Made by a program: the position numbers and the translations under genes. A stretch of DNA of 64,000 nt from Actinomycetes bacterium (GTDB taxonomy: Bacteria; Actinomycetota; Acidimicrobiia; Acidimicrobiales; Bog-793), in the NCBI GenBank assembly GCA_021797795.1, contig JAJZZB010000002.1, positions 27,601 through 91,600 of the forward strand, given 5' to 3'. The notes beneath the pieces are model-generated. The model was not told the DNA's origin and made no database searches. It was given only the letters and a program-made list of their open reading frames with translations. Numbering within the stretch: the first letter of the stretch is position 1; the number at the start of each line of letters is the position of its first letter. Below are positions 47,052-55,405 of the stretch, piece after piece.

Positions 47052-47444
47052 GTGACCGAGACCGTCCTCACCGGCACCGTCGTGCCCGGCGACAGGCGGG
47101 GCCGCGAACTCGGCTTCCCGACGGCGAACGTCGAGCTCCACGACTCCGAGGCCACTCTCCCCCCCGACGGCGTCTACGAGGGGTGGCTCGAGGACATGGG
47201 CGGCATCCGACGGCTGGCGGCGGTCTCCATCGGCGGCCGGCCGACGTACTACGGCGCCCACGGGGCGCGCCTGCTCGAGGCGTACGTCCTCGACTTCTCG
47301 GGCGACCTCTACGGTCAGCGGGTGCGGGTGGGGGTGAGAAGCGTGGTGAGGGGCCAGGAGCGCTTCTCGAGCAGCGAGCAGCTCATCGCCCAGATGCACC
47401 GGGACGTGGAGGCCGTCCGCCGGGTGGCCTCAGCCCGCGCCTGA
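47052..47444 (+). CDS. Stand-alone riboflavin kinase domain protein
   Basis: GRELGFPTANV...DGVY...GGRPTYYG...LEAYVLDFSGDLYG...FSSSEQLIAQMHRD, which matches the C-terminal RFK half of RibF. No FAD-synthetase half is present. Confidence 0.8.
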   Translation: MTETVLTGTVVPGDRRGRELGFPTANVELHDSEATLPPDGVYEGWLEDMGGIRRLAAVSIGGRPTYYGAHGARLLEAYVLDFSGDLYGQRVRVGVRSVVRGQERFSSSEQLIAQMHRDVEAVRRVASARA

Positions 47445-47488
47445 TGTGTCATGCTGGAGCCGGCGACCGGCTTCCCGGTCCGAGTCAT

Positions 47489-47565
47489 GGTGGCCGTAGC
47501 TCAGTTGGTAGAGCGTCGGGTTGTGGTCCCGAAAGTCGGGGGTTCGAGTCCCCTCGGTCACCCCA
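47489..47565 (+). tRNA. tRNA-His (anticodon GTG), with encoded G-1 and CCA
   Basis: Acceptor GTGGCCG/CGGTCAC, D-arm GCTC..GAGC, anticodon loop TTGTGGT, T-arm GGGGG-TTCGAGT-CCCCT, discriminator C, extra 5' G. Confidence 0.9.
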
Positions 47566-47635
47566 GTCATCGCGGCAGTGGGACGGGCTTGCCCGCGGGT
47601 TGTCCGCGAGCGGCTAGTGTCTCCTGCCGGAGCAC

Positions 47636-47712
47636 GCGCCTCTAGCTCAATTTGGCAGAGCAACGGACTCTTAATCCGCAGGTTCTGGGTTCGAGTCCCA
47701 GGGGGCGCACCA
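47636..47712 (+). tRNA. tRNA-Lys (anticodon CTT), CCA encoded
   Basis: Acceptor GCGCCTC/GGGGCGC, anticodon loop CTCTTAA, T-arm CTGGG-TTCGAGT-CCCAG. Confidence 0.9.
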
Positions 47713-47760
47713 TATTCCGGGGGCTCGGATGTGTCGGCTTGTGGGAGCGGGCGATCGCGC

Positions 47761-49541
47761 ATGCAGGCTGCGGCGGGATGGGAGTCATGCGGCCTGATGG
47801 GATCGGTTCTCACCCAAGGGCAGGTCACCTCCGCGCGAGGTGGGCCTGCGGCGGACCGGCGCAGAGCGGCGCGCGCCAGTCTGCTCGGGATACGACTGAG
47901 GGGCGCGTCGGGCCGGACGGTGTCTCGGGTGGTGGCCCATCTGGCCGCGTGGATGCCTTTTCTGTGGGCTCTTCGGTACCTGTGGGTCCACGACTGGCAG
48001 CCCGTCTCCGACGCCAGCGCCGTCGCGCTTCGGTCGTGGGACGTGCTGACCACCCACGCTCCGCTGGTAGGCCAGGCGACGAGGCTTGGGGCGGGGATCT
48101 TCGACCCAGGTCCGCTCGAGTACTGGCTGCTCACGGTACCGGAGCATCTTGATCCGACCCACGGGCTGGCGTGGGGATCGGCGCTGTGGGCCATGGCCGC
48201 CGCCTCGGTCGCGATCGAGGCGGCGTAGTCGGCCGCCGGTACCATCGGCGGCCTGGCCGCCAGCGGAATCGTGCTCGGGACCATTGCCTGGATGCCGGAG
48301 GTAGCCCTGCAACCCTCCTGGAACCCATGGTTCGGCGTCATGTTCTTCTCATCGCGGCGCTCGCCACAGGGTGGGCCGTGTTGGCCGGGCACCGTGCCTG
48401 GTTGCCTGCGGTCGTGTGCACGGCATCGGTTGCTACCCAGGCCCATCTGCTCTTCGCCCTGCCGTCAGTCGCGCTGGCCGCGGTCGGGCTGACGGTCGGT
48501 CTTGCCGACAGTGTGCTCGCGCGCTCCGGCTGCCGCTGGGCGTGGATCGGGTTGGCATCGGGGGTGGCCTGCTGGAGCGCACCGCTCTGGCAGCAGTTCA
48601 CCGGGGCCGCGGGCAACCTCACCGCATTGCTGCACGGCCAGGCGGCCACCGGCCATCGGACCGGTCTCGGCTTCGGCCTGCGGGCGCTCGACGCCGCGGC
48701 GGGCGTGCCGCCTGTGTGGCGCACGCCACTGGAGTCCCTGCTCAACATCAAGGTGCTCGGCTCTCACTCGGCCGTGGCCGGCGTGATCGTGCTGGCGGTG
48801 ACCGTCGCCGCCATGGCGGCCGCCATCCGCCCGCTGCGCTCGCGGCCGGTGGCCGCCCTTGCGGGCGTCAGCCTCGTTGCCAGTGCGGGCGCGGCCGTTA
48901 CCTATGCCAGCATCTCGCTCGGCGGCATCCCGGCGGCGCCGAGGCCGCTCAACACGCTCAACTACCTGATGATCGTGCTGCTTCCGGTCGGGCTCGTTTG
49001 CTGGCTGGTGGTGACGGCCTCGCTCGCACTGGTTGGGAAGTGGGCGATCGCCACTCTGTCCGGGCGAATCACCAGCCGGCGCGCCCACCATTACGAGCGC
49101 GCCAGATCAGGCTCGTCCCGCTGGCCTCGGGCCCTGACGCGCGCGTTCGCGATGCTGGCGGTGGTAGGACTCGCGGCGGTGACGTCGGCGGAGACGTCGG
49201 GATCCGCCTCCGAGTTCCTGGCGGTGGCCGACGCCGGCTACGTCCACGTCGTGGCCGCAGCCGACAGGCAGATCACGCACCGGCTGTCCGCCCAACCGAT
49301 CGTCCTCACGATCTCCACGCCGGGTATGAGGTATCACGATCGTCGGCTCCTCCTCGGGCTTGTCTGGCTGCTCGCGACCGAAGGGTACTCGCCGAGGATC
49401 AGCCAGTTCGGCAGCGAGCTCGGGCCTTCCTACGTCGTCCGCCCGGGTGCGCGGATGACCGGGGTGCAGGTCAACGTGCGGCCGGATGGCGTCACGATCG
49501 CCGTCGAGCCCTGGCACTCGGTCCGCCCTCCCGCGCTCTGA
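47761..49541 (+). pseudogene. Polytopic membrane protein (GT-C-like topology), interrupted by an in-frame TAG (48226-48228) and a frameshift (about 48340-48352). An intact 404-aa ORF remains from ATG 48327.
   Basis: TM-like sequence continues across the TAG (..ASVAIEAA*SAAGTIGGLAASGIVLGTIAW..). It then switches frame at ..WFGVMFF / LLIAALATGWAVLAG... Flanking out-of-frame translations are Arg-rich junk. Confidence 0.55.
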
Positions 49542-49583
49542 TCTGAGTAGGCCGGAGGGTCGCCGAGCGGCTCCGACCGACCG

Positions 49584-49720
49584 ATGACCGTCACGGTCAC
49601 TCCCTCGAGAAGGACATTCCTGCCTCAATCGAGGCTTGGAGACGAGAATCCGAATCCGTTCATCTGGACCAACACCGCCGAGCCACATTCTCGAGAAAAC
49701 TCGGCCGACTTCTACAGGGC
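49584..49720 (+). mobile_element. Relic of an IS630-family transposase C-terminus
   Basis: ..LGDENPNPFIWTNTAEPHSRE.. resembles the conserved IS630 transposase C-terminal ..N..PKPF.WTKTADEIL.. motif. Locally lower GC, no DDE core, no inverted repeats found. Confidence 0.5.
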
Positions 49721-49848
49721 ATTAGTGGCGCATAGCACGAGCAGGGCAGCTGGCGAGGAGCCGAGCGCGGCTGCCGGCTCCGCTTCGCCGTGCGCCGTGC
49801 ATTCGCCGGGGACCTTCTCCCGTGGCGGTCCACTGACCTCGTGATCGG

Positions 49849-50181
49849 TCACTCCTCGGCTCCAGCCTCGTCGGCGAGGAGTAGCTGCGTGGTGCCGGTG
49901 ATCTCGAGGACTCGGCAGACGGCCCGGGGTGCGTTGACGAAGCGGATGGCATTGCCCCCTGCCTCGCTCTTCTGCTTGGCTTGAAGGAGGCCGGCAAGGC
50001 CGGCGGCATCGAGGAAGCTCACCTCCCCGAGGTCGACTACGACGGTCGACTCGGCGATGGCCAACAGCTCGTCTCGGACGGCGGTCGCGTTGGCAAGGTC
50101 GATCTCGCCGCAGAAGGAGACAAGGTGACGTTCTCCGGACTCCTTCTGGGAAAGCACCAGCCCGCCCAACTCGTAGGTCAT
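49849..50181 (-). CDS. STAS-domain protein (anti-sigma-factor antagonist family)
   Basis: ATG 50181. ..VVVDLGEVSFLDAAGLAGLL.. and RFVNAPRAVCRVLEITG, a SpoIIAA-like layout. 110 aa. Confidence 0.8.
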   Translation of the reverse strand: MTYELGGLVLSQKESGERHLVSFCGEIDLANATAVRDELLAIAESTVVVDLGEVSFLDAAGLAGLLQAKQKSEAGGNAIRFVNAPRAVCRVLEITGTTQLLLADEAGAEE

Positions 50182-50397
50182 CCTCGTCAGCTTCCGTTGA
50201 GCCGAGCGGCTCCCGAAGGCTGTATCGTCAACTCCCCGAGTGCGTGTTGACAACGCTACAACCGCTGGTGCTGGCAGACAACGGGGTGCGAGTGCCAGCG
50301 GGCGCCTCACGCGGTGCCAGCAGTCGGCCGCGGATCACTCCGGGATGAGGTCCGCGCAGCCCGCCCACCCCGGCAATGGAGGCTCCGCGGCCCCGAC

Positions 50398-51189
50398 TCA
50401 TCGGGCTGAGTCGTCGTCCTCCTCGAGCGGTGCGTCCTCCCCCTGCCCGCCGCCGAGGCGAGGAAGGTGCTCCAGCCGGCGGTAGCGGGCGCCCGGCTCG
50501 CGCAGGCGGGCGGCGTTCCGCCGCTCGACGCGGGCGATCTCCCGTTCGGTCTCGGCGATCCTCATGCGGCGTCCGAGGTCCCCTCGGGTGGGGCTGCCCT
50601 CGAGATAGGTCGCGTAGGCCTCGGCCTCGTCCGCCATCCACTCCGCGATGTCGGCCGCCCTGGCGCGCGGCGCCTCCAGGTTCTGCTCCGCCTCGTCGGC
50701 CGTGTCCGGCCGAGGGGCCATGCGGGACGCAAGGATGCGCTCGCGCTCGTCGGCCTCCGACTCGCGGATATCGGCGACGCGCTCGCGCTCGTCGGCCTCG
50801 GACTCGCGGGTGTCGGCGACGCGCTCGCGCTCGTCGGCCTCGGACTCGCGGGTGTCGGCGACGCGCTCGCGCTCGTCGGCCTCGGACTCGCGGGTGTCGG
50901 CGACGCGCTCGCGCTCGACGGCGACATGCTCCTGGCTCGACCCGGGGAGCTCGGTCGCGGCCCTGCTCGGCTCATGGGCCTCAAGGAATGCGGCCAGCAA
51001 TTCCTCGGCCCTGCGGCGGGCCGACTCCGCACGATTGCGGGCCGCCTCGGCGCGCTGGCGGGCGGCCCCTGCCCGTTGGATACCTGCGCTCGAACGGCCG
51101 AGCGCGGCGTCCCGTCGCAACAGCCGCGCCTCGATCCGCTCGTTCGCCTCCGCCTCCGCGGGGTCCCGCGGAGAATCGGACTTGTCCAT
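50398..51189 (-). CDS. Highly charged coiled-coil-like protein with tandem 14-aa (2 x heptad) repeats ERERVAD-TRESEAD
   Basis: ATG 51189 (MDKSDSPRDP..). 263 aa, rich in R/E/A/D. Carries the 42-bp tandem repeats in frame. Confidence 0.6.
   Translation of the reverse strand: MDKSDSPRDPAEAEANERIEARLLRRDAALGRSSAGIQRAGAARQRAEAARNRAESARRRAEELLAAFLEAHEPSRAATELPGSSQEHVAVERERVADTRESEADERERVADTRESEADERERVADTRESEADERERVADIRESEADERERILASRMAPRPDTADEAEQNLEAPRARAADIAEWMADEAEAYATYLEGSPTRGDLGRRMRIAETEREIARVERRNAARLREPGARYRRLEHLPRLGGGQGEDAPLEEDDDSAR
50737..50925. repeat. 4.5 head-to-tail copies of a 42-bp unit (GCGCTCGCGCTCGTCGGCCTCGGACTCGCGGGTGTCGGCGAC)
   Basis: Copies at 50779, 50821 and 50863 are identical. 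The copy at 50737 differs at 3 positions. A half copy spans 50905-50925. Confidence 0.95.
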
Positions 51190-51272
51190 CACCACATGCT
51201 CGCGCCGGATCCGCTCAGCTGTTAGGGCAGTTCGACTCGTGCTTCGAGCGCGAGAACCTGTCACTCGCGGCG

Positions 51273-51635
51273 TCACCGGCACTCCCGGCAGACACAGAAT
51301 TCGTTTCCCTCCGGATCGGACATGACCTGCCACCAGCTGCCACGAGCGTCCTCGAGCGGGTCGCCGACCTGCGAAGCACCGAGCGCGACGAGTCGGGTGA
51401 TCTCACGCTGAGGGTGGTGGGTCCACAGGTCGAGGTGCAGCCGATTCTTCACCTGTTTCGCCTCCGGCACGCGTTGGAAGTAGATCACCGGTTGGGCTCT
51501 CTTCTCGGGACGGAGATCGAGGTAGGTGCCGTCATCGTCGAGATGGCCGACGCGATAGCCGAGAGCCCGTGCCCAGAACGGTGCCAGCTGAACCGGATCG
51601 GCGCAGTCGATGCCGATCTCCACGCGAATACCCAC
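51273..51635 (-). CDS. VOC (glyoxalase/bleomycin-resistance fold) family protein
   Basis: VGIRVEIGIDCADPVQLAPFWARALGY...HLDL...DPEGNEFCV. The GTG 51635 start is inferred. Confidence 0.65.
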   Translation of the reverse strand: MGIRVEIGIDCADPVQLAPFWARALGYRVGHLDDDGTYLDLRPEKRAQPVIYFQRVPEAKQVKNRLHLDLWTHHPQREITRLVALGASQVGDPLEDARGSWWQVMSDPEGNEFCVCRECR

Positions 51636-51760
51636 GGTCCGCCCCCCGCTTGCTCCGCCGAGCCCCCCGACCCGGGCGCTCCCAGTCTTGCCGAGCGGGC
51701 GGAGCCGCACAAGGCGTCTGTCGGCCCGCCGGGCGTGTCGCGGGGCAGAATGGAGGGCGA

Positions 51761-51836
51761 GCCCCCGTGGCCGAGTGGATGAGGCAACGGACTTCTAATC
51801 CGTTTTACGCAGGTTCGAATCCTGCCGGGGGTGCCA
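51761..51836 (+). tRNA. tRNA-Arg (anticodon TCT), CCA encoded
   Basis: Acceptor GCCCCCG/CGGGGGT (G1:U72), anticodon stem ACGGA/TCCGT with loop CTTCTAA, T-arm GCAGG-TTCGAAT-CCTGC. Confidence 0.85.
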
Positions 51837-52228
51837 CGTACCCACGCCGCGCCACTGCGATATCGCTCGACATCGGGGACGGGGGTCTCGGGAGCGGTGC
51901 CCCGTGCCCGATGGGCGAGAAACCGACTGCTTGCGGGAGGCGCTCGCCCGCCCACCCGTCGAGGAACTGCTCGTCTCCGAGCTGCCCGCCGGCCTCCCGG
52001 CGGTGGCACTCGCGGCCAGCGGTGCGGTCTCGACGACCCGTGGTCGCCGGGGCCATCTCTACGCGCAGGAGCTGACGGCTGTCTGCTGACGATACGACGT
52101 CTTTGTCGCCGTCTCGACGAGCGGACTATCGCGCGGTTCTGCTCGCCACCGAGGGGCCGCTCGCTCGGGATGGATGTATCGCGGCACTCGCCTGGCACGG
52201 TTCGCCGCGGGGGAGACTGACTGAGCTG

Positions 52229-52663
52229 TCAGTCGGCGGCGACGAAGATGCAGAAGGGGTGGCCGGCGGGGTCGGCGTAGACCCTGAGGGCCTCGTCGGG
52301 GTCGTCGGCGCGGTCGAGCAGGAGCCGGGCGCCGAGGCCGAGGGCGAGCTCGCCGGCGGAGTCGAGCTCGTGGCGGTCGCCGACCGTGCAGTCGAGGTGG
52401 AGCTGCTGGGGGACGCCGTGCTCGGGCCAGGTCGAGGGTTCCAGGTGCTCGACCTGCTGGAAGGCGACGCCGACCCCGCCGGCCGGGTGGCGGAGCACGA
52501 GCCACTCCCTTCCCCTCGGGTCGTCGGCGCCCCCAACGGGCGGCTCGTCGCCAGCCCGGTACTCCCAGCCGAGCAGCGCGCGGTAGAACTCGGCCAGCTC
52601 CCGGGCGTCGGTGGTGTCGAGGACGACCAGAGATAGGCGTGGGTGGTGGCCGATCGGGTCCAT
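52229..52663 (-). CDS. VOC (glyoxalase-like) family protein
   Basis: ATG 52663. LSLVVLDTTDARELAEFYRALLGW...HLDCTV...DPAGHPFCIF. Confidence 0.75.
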   Translation of the reverse strand: MDPIGHHPRLSLVVLDTTDARELAEFYRALLGWEYRAGDEPPVGGADDPRGREWLVLRHPAGGVGVAFQQVEHLEPSTWPEHGVPQQLHLDCTVGDRHELDSAGELALGLGARLLLDRADDPDEALRVYADPAGHPFCIFVAAD

Positions 52664-52670
52664 CTTCGGC

Positions 52671-53657
52671 CTAGGCGCTGAGGGTGGCGGCGAGGAGCTC
52701 GCCGTCGAGATCGGCACGGTCGCTCGGCCGGTGCTCGACGAGGGCGACATCGAAGGCAAGATCGAAGCGGTGGTCGGAGGCCGCGTTGCGCGCCGCGGTG
52801 GCGGCGGTCAGCCGGTCGGCGATGGCGCGGGCCTCCTCTCCGGCTGCATCGAGCAGGAGGACGGCGAACTCGTCGGGGCCGATCCGACCGACGAGGTCCG
52901 AGCCCCGCACCGTCGATCCGAGCAGGTGAGCAGTCTCTGCGAGCGCCGTGTCCCCGCTCTCGTAACCCAGACGGCCGTTGATCGCAGATGTGCCCCGGAT
53001 GTCGAGACGGAGCAGGCTGACGGGCTCGCTGCGCGAGTCAGCCAGCTCGAGCAGCCGGTTGCCGAGGCGGATGAACGTCCGGGCGTTGAGGGCCCCGGTG
53101 AGGGCGTCGAGCGCCATGTGGGGGATCGACGAGAGCTCCGCCTCGAGCAGCCTCGCCAGCTCGCCCAGGGCGCCGACCTCGGCGTCGGAGTACTCCCGCG
53201 GCTCGAGCGACATCACCGCCAGGGCGCCGACGTGCTCGCCCCCCGGCGCCCTCACCGGCACTCCGGCGTAGGCGAGCACAGGCGGGACGGCATTGACGAC
53301 CGCCAGCCGGTCGAAGCGCGCGTCCGCCCGGGCGTCGGCGACGAGGAGGGGCACCCCGGTGCCGACGACGTGGGAGCAGAACCAGGAGCTGCGGTGCGGC
53401 TCGCCGAGCACGACACCGGCTGCCGAGGCGCCGCAAGCGGACTTGAAGAAGACCCGCGTCTCGGCCACCAGGGTCATCAGCCCGATGGGGCTCCGGGTGA
53501 GGCGTGCTGCCAGCTGGGCGACGCGGTCGAAGCGCCGCTCGGGTGAGGACTCGAGAAGGTGGAGGTCATCGAGCGCCATCAGGCGCCCTGTCTCGTCGTG
53601 GGCTAAGGGTGCCTCGTGCACGTCGCTGAGCCTATGTCCACGCGCCGTCTTCGGCAC
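52671..53657 (-). CDS. GAF sensor plus degenerate GGDEF domain protein
   Basis: GAF-like N-terminal half (..RFDRVAQLAARL...LLVADARADARF..). GGDEF half has GPDEF at the A-site and RGSD (RxxD) 5 residues upstream. Confidence 0.8.
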   Translation of the reverse strand: MPKTARGHRLSDVHEAPLAHDETGRLMALDDLHLLESSPERRFDRVAQLAARLTRSPIGLMTLVAETRVFFKSACGASAAGVVLGEPHRSSWFCSHVVGTGVPLLVADARADARFDRLAVVNAVPPVLAYAGVPVRAPGGEHVGALAVMSLEPREYSDAEVGALGELARLLEAELSSIPHMALDALTGALNARTFIRLGNRLLELADSRSEPVSLLRLDIRGTSAINGRLGYESGDTALAETAHLLGSTVRGSDLVGRIGPDEFAVLLLDAAGEEARAIADRLTAATAARNAASDHRFDLAFDVALVEHRPSDRADLDGELLAATLSA

Positions 53658-53713
53658 GGATCCTCCCGGGACGATCCCCGGCAGGGAGCAGCGGGAGCGG
53701 GCAGGATGGTGCC

Positions 53714-55405
53714 ATGGAGGTACTCGTGATCGCCGGCCAGGCGGACCCTCCGCGCTTCCTCCTCGAACGGGCGAGCCGCGTGGTCCACTTCGACGGCCCG
53801 GACATCGCGCCGGGCGTGCTCACCGACCTGCGGGCCCGGCTGCCTCGCCGGGTGACGGTCGTCGGGACCGACCGCGTGGCGGCGGACGTGGCGGCGACCC
53901 TGCACCGCGCCGGCATGCCGGTACGCCTGCACACAGACGAGGACGTCGCCTCGCGTGACGACCTCGCCGGAATCGAGGTGCTCCCGCGCAGCGATCCCGG
54001 TCCGGCGATGGAGGCCGTCGGCTCGCTCCTCGACCTCGTCGGGAACACGCCGATGCTGCGCCTCGACCGGGTCGGGCGGGACCTGCCCTGCCCGCTTCTC
54101 GCCAAGCTCGAGCTGTTGAACCCCGGCGGGAGCGTGAAGGACCGACCGGCCGTCGCCATGATCGACGCCGCCGAGCGGGCCGGGCTGCTGAAGCCAGGCG
54201 GGACCATCGTCGAGGGAACCTCTGGCAACACCGGCGTCGGCCTCGCGATCGTGGCGGCGCGACGCCGGTACAAGTGCATCTTCGTCATGCCCGACAAGAT
54301 GTCGCAGGAGAAGATCGGCCTGCTTCGAGCCTACGGCGCCCAGGTCGTGGTCTGCCCGACGGCGGTGCCGCCTGACCATCCCGACTCCTACTACTCGGTG
54401 ACGGCCCGCCTCGCCGAGGAGATCCCGGGCGCATTCCATCCCGACCAGTACCACAACCCCGACAACCTGGCCGCCCATGTCGCAACGACCGGCCCGGAGA
54501 TCTGGCGCCAGACCGCCGGCAGGGTCAGCCATTTCGTCACCGGGATCGGGACCGGCGGCACGATCTCGGGCATCGGGCGCTACTTGAAGCAGATGAATCC
54601 GGACATCCAGATCATCGGGGCTGACCCCGAGGGCTCGGTCTACTCGGGTGGGTCGGGCCGTCCCTACCTCGTCGAGGGGATCGGCGAGGACTTCTGGCCC
54701 TCGACCTACGACCCGGCGGTGGTCGACCGGGTGATCATGGTGAGCGACGCCGACTCGTTCCACATGGCGAGGTGGATCTCGCTCGAGGAGGGCCTGCTGG
54801 TCGGCGGCTCGACCGGGACAGCGGTCTGGGCGGCGCTCCAGCTGCAGGGCGAGCTCGACCCACACGACGTCGTGGTCACCCTCGTCCCTGACTCCGGTCG
54901 GGGCTACCTGTCCAAGCTCTACAACGACGAGTGGATGGCCGACCACGGCTTCTTGCGCTCGCGGGGGCGGACGATCGGCGACCTGCTCACCAAGAAGGGA
55001 GCGGCCCTGCCCGAGCTCATCCACGTCCATCCCGACGAGACGGCGCGCCAGGCGATCGCCGTCATGGCCGAGTACGGGGTGAGCCAGCTCGCGGTCGTGA
55101 AGGCCGAGCCGCCGCTCGTCGAGGCTGAGGTGGTCGGATCTGTCCACGAGCAGGACCTGTTGCGAAGAGCCTTCGCCGAGCCGCGCCTGTTGGAGCGGCC
55201 GGTGGGCGAGGTGATGGCCCCGCCGCTCCCGACCGTCGGGAGCGGGGAGCCGATCGAGGTCGTCGTGGGTAGCCTCGAGGAGGCGTCCGCCGTCGTCGTC
55301 ATCGACCACGGCCATCCGGTCGGAGTGGTGACGCGGACCGACGCTCTCGGGTTCCTCGCCTCGCTGGCCGGCGCCGAGGCGTCCGAGAGCCGGAGGCAGG
55401 CGTGA
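53714..55405 (+). CDS. cbs: Cystathionine beta-synthase (PLP domain plus tandem CBS domains) with about 98-aa in-frame N-terminal extension
   Basis: LVGNTPMLRL..LNPGGSVKDRPA, GTSGNTGVGLA, two CBS repeats at the C-terminus. A conventional start would be ATG 54008, but 53714-54007 has coding-like GC3. Confidence 0.85.
   Translation: MEVLVIAGQADPPRFLLERASRVVHFDGPDIAPGVLTDLRARLPRRVTVVGTDRVAADVAATLHRAGMPVRLHTDEDVASRDDLAGIEVLPRSDPGPAMEAVGSLLDLVGNTPMLRLDRVGRDLPCPLLAKLELLNPGGSVKDRPAVAMIDAAERAGLLKPGGTIVEGTSGNTGVGLAIVAARRRYKCIFVMPDKMSQEKIGLLRAYGAQVVVCPTAVPPDHPDSYYSVTARLAEEIPGAFHPDQYHNPDNLAAHVATTGPEIWRQTAGRVSHFVTGIGTGGTISGIGRYLKQMNPDIQIIGADPEGSVYSGGSGRPYLVEGIGEDFWPSTYDPAVVDRVIMVSDADSFHMARWISLEEGLLVGGSTGTAVWAALQLQGELDPHDVVVTLVPDSGRGYLSKLYNDEWMADHGFLRSRGRTIGDLLTKKGAALPELIHVHPDETARQAIAVMAEYGVSQLAVVKAEPPLVEAEVVGSVHEQDLLRRAFAEPRLLERPVGEVMAPPLPTVGSGEPIEVVVGSLEEASAVVVIDHGHPVGVVTRTDALGFLASLAGAEASESRRQA

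Noticed and set aside
50737-50925. Possible CRISPR array
   Set aside because: The 42-bp units are contiguous with no spacers. They are in frame within an ORF, and no cas genes are present.
47489-51836. att-type direct repeats of tRNA 3' ends delimiting an island
   Set aside because: I looked for copies of the 3' 15-20 nt of tRNA-His, tRNA-Lys and tRNA-Arg within the window and found none by eye. This needs a computational search.
51904-52089. 61-aa ORF downstream of tRNA-Arg
   Set aside because: It has no start context or motif. The composition is unremarkable and I have no way to support it.
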